From Escherichia phage REP4, in sequence record OQ174503.1: a stretch of DNA of 64,000 nucleotides; one strand, 5' to 3'. Made by a program: the position numbers and the translations under genes. Positions within the stretch are counted from its first letter, which is position 1. Each line of letters starts with the position of its first letter. This document shows, one piece after another, positions 10,045 to 19,272 of the stretch. Under the pieces are notes generated by a model that ran no database searches, was not told the DNA's origin, and saw only the letters and a list, made by a program, of their open reading frames with translations.

Positions 10045-10382
10045 TCACAAGATGTAGATGAACAACTAGAATCACAAGAACTTCCACACGAATCGCCCGT
10101 CCATACATGAACAGGAACATTAGTGTCATATGAATTAGAACTAGACTGTGTATTCTGTGTATTAGATGATGTAGTAGGTGTTGACCAACGCCAAGGATTT
10201 TTATAATATTCTTGGGCTTCTTCATAAGTCATAGTAACTGCTTCTACTGTTCCATCTCCCATATAAACATATTCAACTACAGTTAAAGGAAGGTAGTCAT
10301 TTGAAATAGGAACTACGCCTTCTCCGGGAGTCGTAGAGAAAAAATCCGTAAAGAAGCTTTTAAACCAATTAAAGATAAACAT
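10041..10382 (-). CDS. Hypothetical protein with Cys/Ser-rich C-terminal tail (113 aa)
   Basis: ORF track; tail [15 protein letters not shown]. Confidence 0.55.
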   Translation of the reverse strand: MFIFNWFKSFFTDFFSTTPGEGVVPISNDYLPLTVVEYVYMGDGTVEAVTMTYEEAQEYYKNPWRWSTPTTSSNTQNTQSSSNSYDTNVPVHVWTGDSCGSSCDSSCSSTSCD

Positions 10383-10588
10383 TACAAAAAGCCTCTCTTG
10401 AATTCAACTTGCTTCTCGCCATAATCATATCGAATCTCTGCATTAAATTCGACAGAACCATCTGCATACATCATAAATGAATGCACAACAACTTCTGCAG
10501 ACCATGGCTGCAGTTCATATTTCTTCATTACATGCCGTGAAATGATAATATCTAAATCTTCATTTGGTTTAATCCAACGATTTAACAT
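10382..10588 (-). CDS. Hypothetical protein (68 aa)
   Basis: ORF track. Confidence 0.5.
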   Translation of the reverse strand: MLNRWIKPNEDLDIIISRHVMKKYELQPWSAEVVVHSFMMYADGSVEFNAEIRYDYGEKQVEFKRGFL

Positions 10589-10614
10589 AGTGCTCTCCTC
10601 TATAAGATAATTCT

Positions 10615-10644
10615 ATTATACCATTCTCATTTTGGAAAGTAAAC
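10615..10644 (-). promoter_or_regulatory. T4 early-type promoter with extended -10 (minus)
   Basis: attatacc at 10615-10622 (rc TGGTATAAT), gtaaac at 10639-10644, 18-nt spacer. Confidence 0.6.
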
Positions 10645-10651
10645 CAGTAAA

Positions 10652-10677
10652 ATGAAAAAGGACTCCCGGAGGAGTCC
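10652..10677 (-). terminator. Intrinsic terminator downstream of soc
   Basis: Minus-strand hairpin GGACUCC-UCCG-GGAGUCC followed by UUUUU. Confidence 0.7.
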
Positions 10678-10683
10678 TTGAAA

Positions 10684-10929
10684 TTATTCACCAGTTACTT
10701 TCCACAAATCTTCGTTTGCAGTAATCCATTTAGTACGTTGATTTTCTTCATATACTGTAGAATATGCTGCTTTTTCTGAAGGGAATGTCTGGTAATGAGC
10801 GCCAGAAATTTTGTGAACGTCAGAATAAAGAGGGAAAGCTACAGAAATTTCCTTTCCTTCAATTTTCTTATTTCCATCTAATTTCTGCTCAAACGTTTTG
10901 ATATTAACATAACCGCGAGTACTAGCCAT
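10684..10929 (-). CDS. soc: Small outer capsid protein Soc (81 aa)
   Basis: MASTRGYVNIKTFEQKLDG... matches T4 Soc as recalled. Confidence 0.85.
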   Translation of the reverse strand: MASTRGYVNIKTFEQKLDGNKKIEGKEISVAFPLYSDVHKISGAHYQTFPSEKAAYSTVYEENQRTKWITANEDLWKVTGE

Positions 10930-10959
10930 GTAATTCTCCTTTTATTTAAATTACATGAT

Positions 10960-10967
10960 TATTTATA
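10960..10967 (-). promoter_or_regulatory. T4 late promoter TATAAATA (minus), ~30 nt upstream of soc start
   Basis: Plus strand reads tatttata at 10960-10967. Confidence 0.5.
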
Positions 10968-11137
10968 TCAGTCTTCAACGAAAACTTGCGCCAGGAATTC
11001 ATGTTCATCTTGAATTTGTTTATATAAAGCCATTACAGCATTTATATTAGAGCTATCTACTTTAAGCTGATAAGCATACAACTCGTATAAATTAATTAAA
11101 GCTTTTTGACGTCTAATAAATTCTTCTTTGGATATTT

Positions 11138-11341
11138 TCATTTTGAATGTTCTATAATTAATTTTAAGGCTTCTTCGCTGACAAAAATTTCATCAGGACC
11201 TTCTTCTACAACCCAATCAACCACACGAAGCTGATTAGATAAGAGCTCACATACGAGCTCCTTGTCATAATTTTTAAATAGCTGGTCAATACGTTTCTTG
11301 CGGGCTTTCTTAAGCTGGCGTTTATTTAAACGAGCCATCAA
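11138..11341 (-). CDS. Hypothetical protein (67 aa)
   Basis: ORF track. Confidence 0.5.
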   Translation of the reverse strand: MMARLNKRQLKKARKKRIDQLFKNYDKELVCELLSNQLRVVDWVVEEGPDEIFVSEEALKLIIEHSK

Positions 11342-11856
11342 TAACCTCGGTCTTGACGAGCGAAGTTTTCAGCATTTTTCAGATAATAAAGTTTAAAGAT
11401 TTCTTCAGCCGTAAGACCGAGACCTTGGAACATGTTCAGAACGAAATGAAGAATATCAATCATTTCAAATTTAATTTCCAACTGGTCTTGCGGAGACAAA
11501 TCAGTAATTAGAGTTTCACGACGTTCACCATGCTGTGACTTCCAAGGTTTCCATACAGCAGATGCATCTTTTTCGCCATTGCTCATACCGCCAAGAGATG
11601 TCAGAAGTTCACGGAATTCATCGTCAATATAATCTTTCTGATTACGCAGCCAATCAACAACTTCACCAGCAGTAGCCAAATCATCAGGATGACGGTTATA
11701 TTCAGGTTTATCTTTAGCTAAACGAACCTGCAAAGATTTCTGCATATCAAGCATAACCTGCAGCGGGTCTTTTTCATCACCGAGAATATCCCAGTATTCG
11801 TTTTGAGCTTTATCAGCGCCTTCGATCAGTTGTGAACATTCATTAAAGTATGCCAT
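11338..11856 (-). CDS. 56: dCTP pyrophosphatase gp56 (MazG-like), 172 aa from ATG at 11856
   Basis: MAYFNECSQLIEGADKAQNEYWDILGDEKD... MazG-type fold; trimmed to ATG with AGGAAA Shine-Dalgarno; ~171 aa as in T4. Confidence 0.8.
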   Translation of the reverse strand: MAYFNECSQLIEGADKAQNEYWDILGDEKDPLQVMLDMQKSLQVRLAKDKPEYNRHPDDLATAGEVVDWLRNQKDYIDDEFRELLTSLGGMSNGEKDASAVWKPWKSQHGERRETLITDLSPQDQLEIKFEMIDILHFVLNMFQGLGLTAEEIFKLYYLKNAENFARQDRGY

Positions 11857-11927
11857 TATTTTTCCTTTCAATTCATGGATTAGTAGATTAATTATACAAT
11901 AAATATATAAAGCAATAAGGAGGACAT

Positions 11928-12128
11928 ATGGTACAAAAATTAATGGCACTTGTTAATGCCATAAAAGGTAATAAAAAACGTATAGCTTTTACTATTTCTG
12001 CTATGATAGGAATTTTACTTTGGAATTTTGTTTTATCGCCAGTAGCTATTGCTCATGGCGTTAGTATTCCAGTAATTACTCTTGATACATTCGTAGATTT
12101 AGCATTTGCTTTAGTTGGGTTAATTTAA
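11928..12128 (+). CDS. Small hydrophobic two-helix membrane protein (66 aa), opposite strand
   Basis: Intergenic plus-strand ORF with AAGGAGG 4 nt before ATG; stop overlaps primase stop convergently. Confidence 0.5.
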   Translation: MVQKLMALVNAIKGNKKRIAFTISAMIGILLWNFVLSPVAIAHGVSIPVITLDTFVDLAFALVGLI

Positions 12129-13153
12129 ATCTTAGCATATTTAGATAGCCGCATTTTAGCCATCAGCCCTTGAGCAATATTATTTTTCATATATTCCATA
12201 ATTTGTTCAGGGGTTGCACCTTCCTTTCTAATCATATCATTAACATCTTTTGATTTCCAGGGAGATTTATCCCAAAACATAACCCTTTCTCCTGCATCAA
12301 CCAATTTAGTCATTCGTTTAATAGTGTCAGGATGACGAGGTTCATTATCTAAAACCCATACACGTCTATCTTTAAATGGAACAATTTCTAGGTCTAATTG
12401 ACCACCTGTAATAGCTATACCATTTTCAATAAAAAGTGAATCTATAGGTCCTTCTAGAACATATACATCACCATCTTTAACCCGTTCAACACCATAGATT
12501 TTTGTTGCCTCAGGATAAGCTTTGATGGTGATATATTTTTGAGGAGCATCTTTCTTTAATGCGCGTCCTTGAAAAGACTCAGCTTTTCCATTAGCATTAT
12601 AAATTGGAATAACAAGACGAGGCTCAGATATTTCCTTTTTATATGTTCCTGGTGCTATACTATTAACTAATTTAGGCCATTCAGTTGTAAACCAAAGATA
12701 TTTCCATTTATCCTTTGGAATACAGCGAGCTTTTACGTATTTTATAATTGGATGGTCTTCCGCCAGTTTATCTAATCTAATGCATGACGGAAGAGATTTA
12801 ATTATTTTCTTCTCAGGTTGTTTAGGAAGTTCTTTAGGTTTTTCTACTGGACGACTTTTACCTTTTTCTTTTCTTATTTCAAAGATATACTCACGATATA
12901 AATCAGGTTCAAACTCCTTTAAATATATTCCGATTGGTGCATGATAGTTACAGTTATAGCAATGAATATTTCCTTCATTATTATCACCATAATACCATCC
13001 ACGGGCTTTATTTTGGTCGGTTTTTGAATCTCCACAAACAGGGCATCTAAACCGTAATTTAAAAGTTGAACTATTATTTACTTGTGTGAATTTAGGTAAA
13101 TGAGCTAATGCACGGTATGCAAACTCATTATCAATCCAAGGTATTGATGGCAT
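12125..13153 (-). CDS. 61: DNA primase gp61 (342 aa)
   Basis: N-terminal zinc ribbon CPVCGDSKTD...HCYNCNYH; 342 aa; adjacent to helicase 41 region. Confidence 0.9.
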   Translation of the reverse strand: MPSIPWIDNEFAYRALAHLPKFTQVNNSSTFKLRFRCPVCGDSKTDQNKARGWYYGDNNEGNIHCYNCNYHAPIGIYLKEFEPDLYREYIFEIRKEKGKSRPVEKPKELPKQPEKKIIKSLPSCIRLDKLAEDHPIIKYVKARCIPKDKWKYLWFTTEWPKLVNSIAPGTYKKEISEPRLVIPIYNANGKAESFQGRALKKDAPQKYITIKAYPEATKIYGVERVKDGDVYVLEGPIDSLFIENGIAITGGQLDLEIVPFKDRRVWVLDNEPRHPDTIKRMTKLVDAGERVMFWDKSPWKSKDVNDMIRKEGATPEQIMEYMKNNIAQGLMAKMRLSKYAKI

Positions 13154-13155
13154 TT

Positions 13156-13320
13156 TTACTCTTCTTTTTCTTTAGATTCCTCTTTTTTCTTTTTAGGAAT
13201 CTGTTCAGGACCTTTATTTACTACAGCGCCTGACGTTGTTCCAGTAGAGATATTTTCAGGATTACCACCTGAATCGCCAGCTACCATATCTTCTTTAATA
13301 AATTCTTTATATGTTTTCAT
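13156..13320 (-). CDS. Small protein (54 aa) with capsid-targeting-like N-terminus MKTYKEFIKE
   Basis: Hand-translated; AGAGG Shine-Dalgarno; stop 2 nt before primase ATG. Confidence 0.5.
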   Translation of the reverse strand: MKTYKEFIKEDMVAGDSGGNPENISTGTTSGAVVNKGPEQIPKKKKEESKEKEE

Positions 13321-13321
13321 A

Positions 13322-13948
13322 TTAACCTCTATTCATAAAAGCATTAAAAATTTGGTCATCAATAGAAACATTCACTTTAGACTGTTTTTCTGATGGTAAT
13401 TCATATCCACATATTACAATTTTATGATCAATATCAAAATACACAGAAGCAATATGATTAATGATGTTTTCAGTAAAGTCTAAATCAACATCAATATCTT
13501 TTTGACCACAGCCCAAAGGATAAATAATGCGAGTAATTCGATTATCTTTAACAAAGATTCCACCGATATACTCTGTGCTGCGTTCAAAGTCTACACGCCG
13601 ACGAAATGAAAAATATTCAGGCTCTTTATGAGCTCGGCTCATAGGACACAACGAGTAACTAGAATAAGAGATGTCAAATCCTACGCCTTCAATATGAGCC
13701 AAATTATCATGATTAAACCAATTATAATCGTACGCCAAGTCCATTAGATTATAATATGTGAAAGGCACCGGATTAACATCATTAGTCACAAGCATGTAAT
13801 TAGCAACTGCTATAATTTCATTATTTTTAACGAATACAAACCGTGATTGATGTGAATGACCTGGACCTGCGTTTTCACGATTAATGATATAACACTGGGC
13901 ACCTTTATATTTGTACGTGTCTTTGCACTTGTGCATTTGATAAAGCAT
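13322..13948 (-). CDS. Hypothetical protein (208 aa)
   Basis: ORF track. Confidence 0.6.
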   Translation of the reverse strand: MLYQMHKCKDTYKYKGAQCYIINRENAGPGHSHQSRFVFVKNNEIIAVANYMLVTNDVNPVPFTYYNLMDLAYDYNWFNHDNLAHIEGVGFDISYSSYSLCPMSRAHKEPEYFSFRRRVDFERSTEYIGGIFVKDNRITRIIYPLGCGQKDIDVDLDFTENIINHIASVYFDIDHKIVICGYELPSEKQSKVNVSIDDQIFNAFMNRG

Positions 13949-14241
13949 TATTCACCTACCACTTCAGCGATGATATTTTTATTATTGAAGTTTTTATCAC
14001 AATACAGAACGTAATTATACTGCATTACACCACCAGACTTAAGCTGTTTTTGTACTTCAGCTTTCATTTCAGGGCGATCACGCTCAACGATATTCATAAT
14101 ATCCGCTTCAATTTGAGTTTCAACTTCAGTCTGATCTGCAGTCATAGACCATTCACACAAATCTTTGTCATAACCCGCCATAGCAGGCTGAGCAGCGCAA
14201 GAAGATAAAGCAAAAATTGCAGCAAAGATAAATTTTTTCAT
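13948..14241 (-). CDS. Secreted periplasmic protein (97 aa), Spackle-like by position and size
   Basis: Signal peptide MKKFIFAAIFALSSCAAQPAMA; T4 sp lies between 61 and 41 (recalled). Confidence 0.5.
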   Translation of the reverse strand: MKKFIFAAIFALSSCAAQPAMAGYDKDLCEWSMTADQTEVETQIEADIMNIVERDRPEMKAEVQKQLKSGGVMQYNYVLYCDKNFNNKNIIAEVVGE

Positions 14242-14346
14242 GATAATCTCCTCAGTAGTTTATGTTTATATAGTATCTCAATTTTCAACAAAAGTAAACA
14301 CTAGTAGAAGCAAACAGACAAATTGCAATAATTGGTGATTTCAGTT

Positions 14347-14541
14347 TCATTCTTCTCCTCCTTCATGTTGATGAACATATTCTTTTTCAAGTCTAGAGCA
14401 CAAGTTTTCATATTCAACTAATAAAAGTGAATCAAGTGCGTTATTTCTATGCTGACACCGTTCTTGTAAAGAATCCATCTCTGAACGTTGTTCTTGTGTT
14501 AATAATTGATAACCTGATACTTTAGACATTTTGTTCTCCAT
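14347..14541 (-). CDS. Hypothetical protein (64 aa)
   Basis: ORF track. Confidence 0.45.
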   Translation of the reverse strand: MENKMSKVSGYQLLTQEQRSEMDSLQERCQHRNNALDSLLLVEYENLCSRLEKEYVHQHEGGEE

Positions 14542-14565
14542 TTACTCGTTTGTTTTGATAGGTCT

Positions 14566-14594
14566 ATAATAACATGTTTAAAACAAAAGTAAAC
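14566..14594 (-). promoter_or_regulatory. T4 early-type promoter (minus)
   Basis: gtaaac at 14589-14594; tataat/ataata at 14565-14571. Confidence 0.5.
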
Positions 14595-14848
14595 TATTTT
14601 ATTTCCTCAAGTTCGTTAATCAATAAAAGTTCTCTGACGCTAAAAACAAAGAAAAATGTGTTCCCATCAACCAGAGCATGACCGCTAATAGAACACCCTC
14701 TGCGGAATTTAGAAACTTCACAATCTAGAACTGTAAAAGGTTTTAATCCTATGACTTTAGCTGTGCGTCTATTCAGTTCACAACCACTCGCGAATTTTTC
14801 CAAATCTTCTTCTGATTTAAACTGATATTCTCTATTAACTAGCATCAT
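14594..14848 (-). CDS. Hypothetical protein (84 aa)
   Basis: ORF track. Confidence 0.5.
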   Translation of the reverse strand: MMLVNREYQFKSEEDLEKFASGCELNRRTAKVIGLKPFTVLDCEVSKFRRGCSISGHALVDGNTFFFVFSVRELLLINELEEIK

Positions 14849-14879
14849 TTTCTTTTCTCCGCGATTAGCTGATAGAATT

Positions 14880-14909
14880 ACTATAACACAACTCTATCAG
14901 CTTGTAAAC
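14880..14909 (-). promoter_or_regulatory. T4 early-type promoter (minus)
   Basis: gtaaac at 14904-14909; -10-like actata at 14880-14885. Confidence 0.45.
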
Positions 14910-14911
14910 TA

Positions 14912-15196
14912 CTATTTTACTAGCATCAATAGCTGTTTCTCTAACTTGACGATTTTACGAAAGTATCTTTTGCATTGGCGAATCTGTCGCTTCGTAGGGC
15001 GCACAGCAAACTTAATAAATTCCACTCGACCAAATGGAGGGCTTTCTTCTGCTGGAATATCTAACACCAATTCCCACGTATCTGCAACAAGTGCTTTGAA
15101 TTGAGTATTTTTCCTGACATTATATGGAGTAGGTTTAAATAAAACAATATGCATATTATCCTCGGCAATCCACTTCACATACTTTCTTGTCATCAA
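14912..15196 (-). CDS. Hypothetical protein (94 aa)
   Basis: ORF track. Confidence 0.5.
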   Translation of the reverse strand: MMTRKYVKWIAEDNMHIVLFKPTPYNVRKNTQFKALVADTWELVLDIPAEESPPFGRVEFIKFAVRPTKRQIRQCKRYFRKIVKLEKQLLMLVK

Positions 15197-15338
15197 TGAA
15201 AGCTTTAACTAATGCTTTATTAACTTCAGCATATTGAGTAGTAGCCCATTGAACGTCATCTTTCATCATTGTGATTTCTTTAGTAAACATGCTTTCATTC
15301 TTAAACCACCCCATAAAAACTACCTTTACCAATTCCAT
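15156..15338 (-). CDS. Hypothetical protein (60 aa)
   Basis: ORF track. Confidence 0.4.
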   Translation of the reverse strand: MELVKVVFMGWFKNESMFTKEITMMKDDVQWATTQYAEVNKALVKAFIDDKKVCEVDCRG

Positions 15339-15366
15339 AACAATCTCCTCATTTAACCAACAAGAC

Positions 15367-15396
15367 TACTATACCATAGTCTTGTCGGCTTGTAAA
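15367..15396 (-). promoter_or_regulatory. T4 early-type promoter (minus); -10 lies in the loop of a 7-bp palindrome
   Basis: gtaaac at 15391-15396; actatacca at 15367-15375 (rc TGGTATAGT). Confidence 0.5.
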
Positions 15397-16824
15397 CTAA
15401 AATTTTAATTCATTTGCCAAAGCATCTAACTGAGCTCGAGCGGATTCGTTTCTTTGATAGCGGTTCTGTTCAGCTTGTATCTGTTGTGAACCTGCTACTT
15501 CGTTCACTTCAGTTGGAGTAGAATCTTGTTCAATTTCTACCCATTTCTGATTTCCTTTTTGAACACCCATCAAAAACTTATTCCATTTATTCTTATCACC
15601 ATATCGTGATTTGATTTGCTTAATGAGTTGCTGTTCAGCCGCTGCTAACTCCTCGGTTTCAATGACCGCAAGCATAAAATCGGCTGTTGCTGGAAGACCG
15701 GCAGATTCTGCAATATCGCTCATGTTAACATCAGAAGAATCCCAAGCTTGCTTACCAACCTGTGCTGCAGTCCAAAGAACAGTTTCGGTTTCAACAGCCA
15801 GAGCACGCAATTCCTCTGCAATAGCTTTAACAGTTGTATAACTATTTTCTGAATAAACTCTGATGCGGCAAGATTTACAAATACCTAGATAGTCAACAAT
15901 AATGATTGTTGGAACAAAATTCTTCTTGAGCTTTAATTCGTTTAAAAGAGAACGAAATGTATTAGCGTCTGCTCCACCAGTAGGATACTGTTTAACGATT
16001 AAACGACCGAGAGTAGATTTCTCACGCCATTTTTCCATTTTTCCTTTATACTCAGCATAAGAAATATGCCCATCATCAATGTCATCAAGAGAAACATCGA
16101 GCATATTAGCGTCAATACGTTTAGCACAGACTTCTTCTGCCATTTCCATGGAAATGTAAAGAACATTATGACCGAGCTGTAAATAATCTGCTGCCAATGA
16201 ACATAGACCTAATGACTTACCAACGTTAACACCAGCCATTAAAACGTTCAGTGTTCCAGTCTCAGCTCCGCCTTTAGTAATTTTATTTAGAATTTTGAGT
16301 TTAAATGGAACCTTACGAGCTTTATTCATATAAGATAGCCAACGTGCTTCGTAGTCATCCATCCAATCATGGCCAACATAGCTATCAAATGAAATTGATA
16401 ATGCTTGACGCATGATGTCAGGAATAGCACCAACATCCGGCATTTTCTTATTTCGTTTTTCCGGAGGAAGTTCAGCATTAGTTTGAATTTCAATTATTTT
16501 AGACGTAGCATTAAACATCGCCCTTTGCTGAACATATTTTTCCGTTTCTTTTACTAACCAGCTGTGGTCTTCCGGAGAATCGGTTAGTTTTGAAATAAGT
16601 GTTTTTACACCAGAATATTCTGTTTCAGTAAATGAACTATTTTCTAATGCAACATTTAACGCATTAATAGATGGAACGCTATGGTACTCATTAACATGAG
16701 ATTTAATTAATTTGAATGTATTTTTAGCTGGACCACTTTCAAAATATTCTGAATCCATATATGGCCAAACTTTTGAAAAATAAGCTTGATCAAATATGAG
16801 ATGAGAAAGAATAATTTCTACCAC
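15397..16824 (-). CDS. 41: Replicative DNA helicase gp41 (DnaB-like), 475 aa
   Basis: Walker A GVNVGKS, RecA-like core; 475 aa; first codon is GTG directly after an in-frame stop. Confidence 0.9.
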   Translation of the reverse strand: MVEIILSHLIFDQAYFSKVWPYMDSEYFESGPAKNTFKLIKSHVNEYHSVPSINALNVALENSSFTETEYSGVKTLISKLTDSPEDHSWLVKETEKYVQQRAMFNATSKIIEIQTNAELPPEKRNKKMPDVGAIPDIMRQALSISFDSYVGHDWMDDYEARWLSYMNKARKVPFKLKILNKITKGGAETGTLNVLMAGVNVGKSLGLCSLAADYLQLGHNVLYISMEMAEEVCAKRIDANMLDVSLDDIDDGHISYAEYKGKMEKWREKSTLGRLIVKQYPTGGADANTFRSLLNELKLKKNFVPTIIIVDYLGICKSCRIRVYSENSYTTVKAIAEELRALAVETETVLWTAAQVGKQAWDSSDVNMSDIAESAGLPATADFMLAVIETEELAAAEQQLIKQIKSRYGDKNKWNKFLMGVQKGNQKWVEIEQDSTPTEVNEVAGSQQIQAEQNRYQRNESARAQLDALANELKF

Positions 16825-16833
16825 ACTTACTCC

Positions 16834-17178
16834 TTAAAAGAATTTAAATTTTTTCTTTGACCTTTTATTAAATGCATCTTGCAGTTGCATTGTAATACAT
16901 TTTTCTACATGAGGAGCTAACTCAGCTTTTCTTTCTTGGTCAAGAACAGCAAAGTCCATTACGACTTTTCCATCAACCCAATCTAATTTTGTCACATACA
17001 CAATGTGTGTAGAACCATCTTCTAGTTTAATGACAATCTCCTGGATAACATTTTCCATGGCAGATTTAATTATCTTAAGAGATTCATTAAAAAGACGTTC
17101 TTTTCTTTCTTCTTCCCCCTCCGAAGAGGGGGATTCGTCGATAATTTCTAGATCTAAATCTAAATCATCTTTATTCAT
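16834..17178 (-). CDS. 40: Gene 40-like protein (114 aa from ATG at 17178)
   Basis: Position between uvsX and 41 as in T4; track start is GTG, trimmed to ATG with GGAAG Shine-Dalgarno. Confidence 0.45.
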   Translation of the reverse strand: MNKDDLDLDLEIIDESPSSEGEEERKERLFNESLKIIKSAMENVIQEIVIKLEDGSTHIVYVTKLDWVDGKVVMDFAVLDQERKAELAPHVEKCITMQLQDAFNKRSKKKFKFF

Positions 17179-18352
17179 TAAATTCTTCCATATCACTTAA
17201 CTGATCTAGGTCAGTTTCTAAATCAGCTGCTGATTTGTTTTTACTTTCTGGAGATTTAAATTTTTCAACCTTTGAGTTAATCAATTCATCAACTTCAGCT
17301 TCAACAATTTCATTACTATCAATAGCACCTAACTGATAAGCACGTTTAATAGCATCTCGGAATGGCTGATGCTTAAATAAAGGACCCCAGAATGTAGTGC
17401 AATTGGTATCTTTTGCACGCCAAGATTTTTCTTCGCGAATCATCTCGCCGGTTTCTTCATCAAGAAATTCACGAGCATACCAACCATTTTTAGGTTTTAC
17501 CACAAATCCTAATTCAAGAGCCATATCTAACAATCCAGAATAAGGATCGATACCACCGTCAAATTTAACATCAATAAAAAATTTACTTTTTTCTTTAACG
17601 GTACGAGATTTTTCTACATTTAGAACAAATTGATACCCCTGAAGATCAGAACCATCTTTAATCTGGCGCTTACCGATAATGAATACAGTATCAGCCGAAT
17701 ACATTACGCCTGTACCACCTGTCATCACGGTTTTACTAAACATTTCAATTGTTTCAATTGTATGGTTAACCGCAACACATGGAATGTTTTTAATACTAAA
17801 ATAAGGAGTAACAATACGGAATAATGACTTCAGCGATTTAGCACGAGTCATATCTGCCACAGATTTTTCATTCAAGGCATCTTCCGTTTCTTTCTTAGAA
17901 GCCATATTACCGATTGAGTCGATAAATACAATAACTTTTTCACCGCGCTCAATAGCTTCAAGCTGATTCACCATATCAATTTTCAGCTGTTCAACTGACT
18001 GAATTGGCGTATGAATTACTCGTTCCGGGTCAACTCCCATGGATCGCAAATAAGCTGGAGTAATACCAAATTCGCTATCATAAAATAGACAAACCGCATC
18101 AGGATATTTGTTCAAATACGCCGCAACCATAGTCAAAGACATATTTGATTTAAAGTGTTTAGAAGGACCTGCAAAAATAGTTAAACCAGACTGCATACCA
18201 CCATCAATCGCGCCAGAAATAGCGATATTGAGCATTGGAATTTTTGTACGGATTACATCCTTTTCATTAAAGAATTTAGATGTAGTCAGTTCAGCAGTCA
18301 TTTTAGAAGTGGAAGCTTTAATCAAACGGGATTTTAAATCTGCAATAGACAT
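17171..18352 (-). CDS. uvsX: UvsX recombinase (RecA-like), 393 aa
   Basis: RecA fold, P-loop GPSKHFKS; size and position as T4 UvsX. Confidence 0.9.
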   Translation of the reverse strand: MSIADLKSRLIKASTSKMTAELTTSKFFNEKDVIRTKIPMLNIAISGAIDGGMQSGLTIFAGPSKHFKSNMSLTMVAAYLNKYPDAVCLFYDSEFGITPAYLRSMGVDPERVIHTPIQSVEQLKIDMVNQLEAIERGEKVIVFIDSIGNMASKKETEDALNEKSVADMTRAKSLKSLFRIVTPYFSIKNIPCVAVNHTIETIEMFSKTVMTGGTGVMYSADTVFIIGKRQIKDGSDLQGYQFVLNVEKSRTVKEKSKFFIDVKFDGGIDPYSGLLDMALELGFVVKPKNGWYAREFLDEETGEMIREEKSWRAKDTNCTTFWGPLFKHQPFRDAIKRAYQLGAIDSNEIVEAEVDELINSKVEKFKSPESKNKSAADLETDLDQLSDMEEFNE

Positions 18353-18429
18353 TCATTTTTTCCATAGGCATCATTATATTTTCCTCACTGGTTAAAGATA
18401 GAATAATTATAACACAATAAATTTAGGCA

Positions 18430-19272
18430 TTAATCGACTGCTATTGGATGAATAGCATTAAACTTATGAAACGCTTCTGATTTTTCTTTGCGCGAAACAC
18501 ACATGCGAAGAACCTTTAATGGCTCGTCTTCTTCACCTAATGATTTTCGTTTTTCAATATTAGAAGTTTTCCAACGAGCTTGCTCTGGAAACTCTTTATT
18601 GATTTGCTCAAGAGCTCTATTATGTTTTGAATTACTACGAATTGAACTACATCCGCCTGGAGCTTGTGCTTTTCCAGACACAACCAGATATTTGAACAAA
18701 GCCAAATGCGGATAACCCTGATTAATTAAATTGAGAAATGCATACATATCTTCGCATAAATCAATTTTTCCATACCCAATTTGTTCTGTAGTAAGTTTTC
18801 CGAGGTCATACCATGTATTCGTGAATCCATATGAATTTTCACGATAATTACCCCAAGATGAAGTAATTTTAAAAATAGGTAGACGAGCATGACCGTGATA
18901 ATACCCGCAATCCATGGCATCTTCAACGTATTGAATCAATTCATAGAACTGTTCACGAGTTAATTGATTAATTTTATCTACGCAGCGACGATCATCTTTC
19001 TTTCGCATTGAACTCATACGAATAGTAGTATCATCATCAATCATCCAAATTCGTTGACCTGCATACATATCAGTAATTGCTTTACGAGTTCCAGCAATTC
19101 CATTAACATCATCAGGAATAGTTATAATTTTAGCCCTAGACCCGTAAGCGTCATAATAAGCTTTTTCTTCATGTTCACGTACTACAATATGAGGTTCATA
19201 ATCAGTCGGAAACATATCAAGGGCAGAAACTGCCCCTACGCGTTGATAGCTTGGAATTACGAATTGAATCAT
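18430..19272 (-). CDS. GT-A-like glycosyltransferase (280 aa) in the beta-gt locus
   Basis: N-terminal FVIPSYQRVG resembles GT-A start; DDD (DxD) motif; unrelated to T4 beta-gt as recalled. Confidence 0.5.
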   Translation of the reverse strand: MIQFVIPSYQRVGAVSALDMFPTDYEPHIVVREHEEKAYYDAYGSRAKIITIPDDVNGIAGTRKAITDMYAGQRIWMIDDDTTIRMSSMRKKDDRRCVDKINQLTREQFYELIQYVEDAMDCGYYHGHARLPIFKITSSWGNYRENSYGFTNTWYDLGKLTTEQIGYGKIDLCEDMYAFLNLINQGYPHLALFKYLVVSGKAQAPGGCSSIRSNSKHNRALEQINKEFPEQARWKTSNIEKRKSLGEEDEPLKVLRMCVSRKEKSEAFHKFNAIHPIAVD

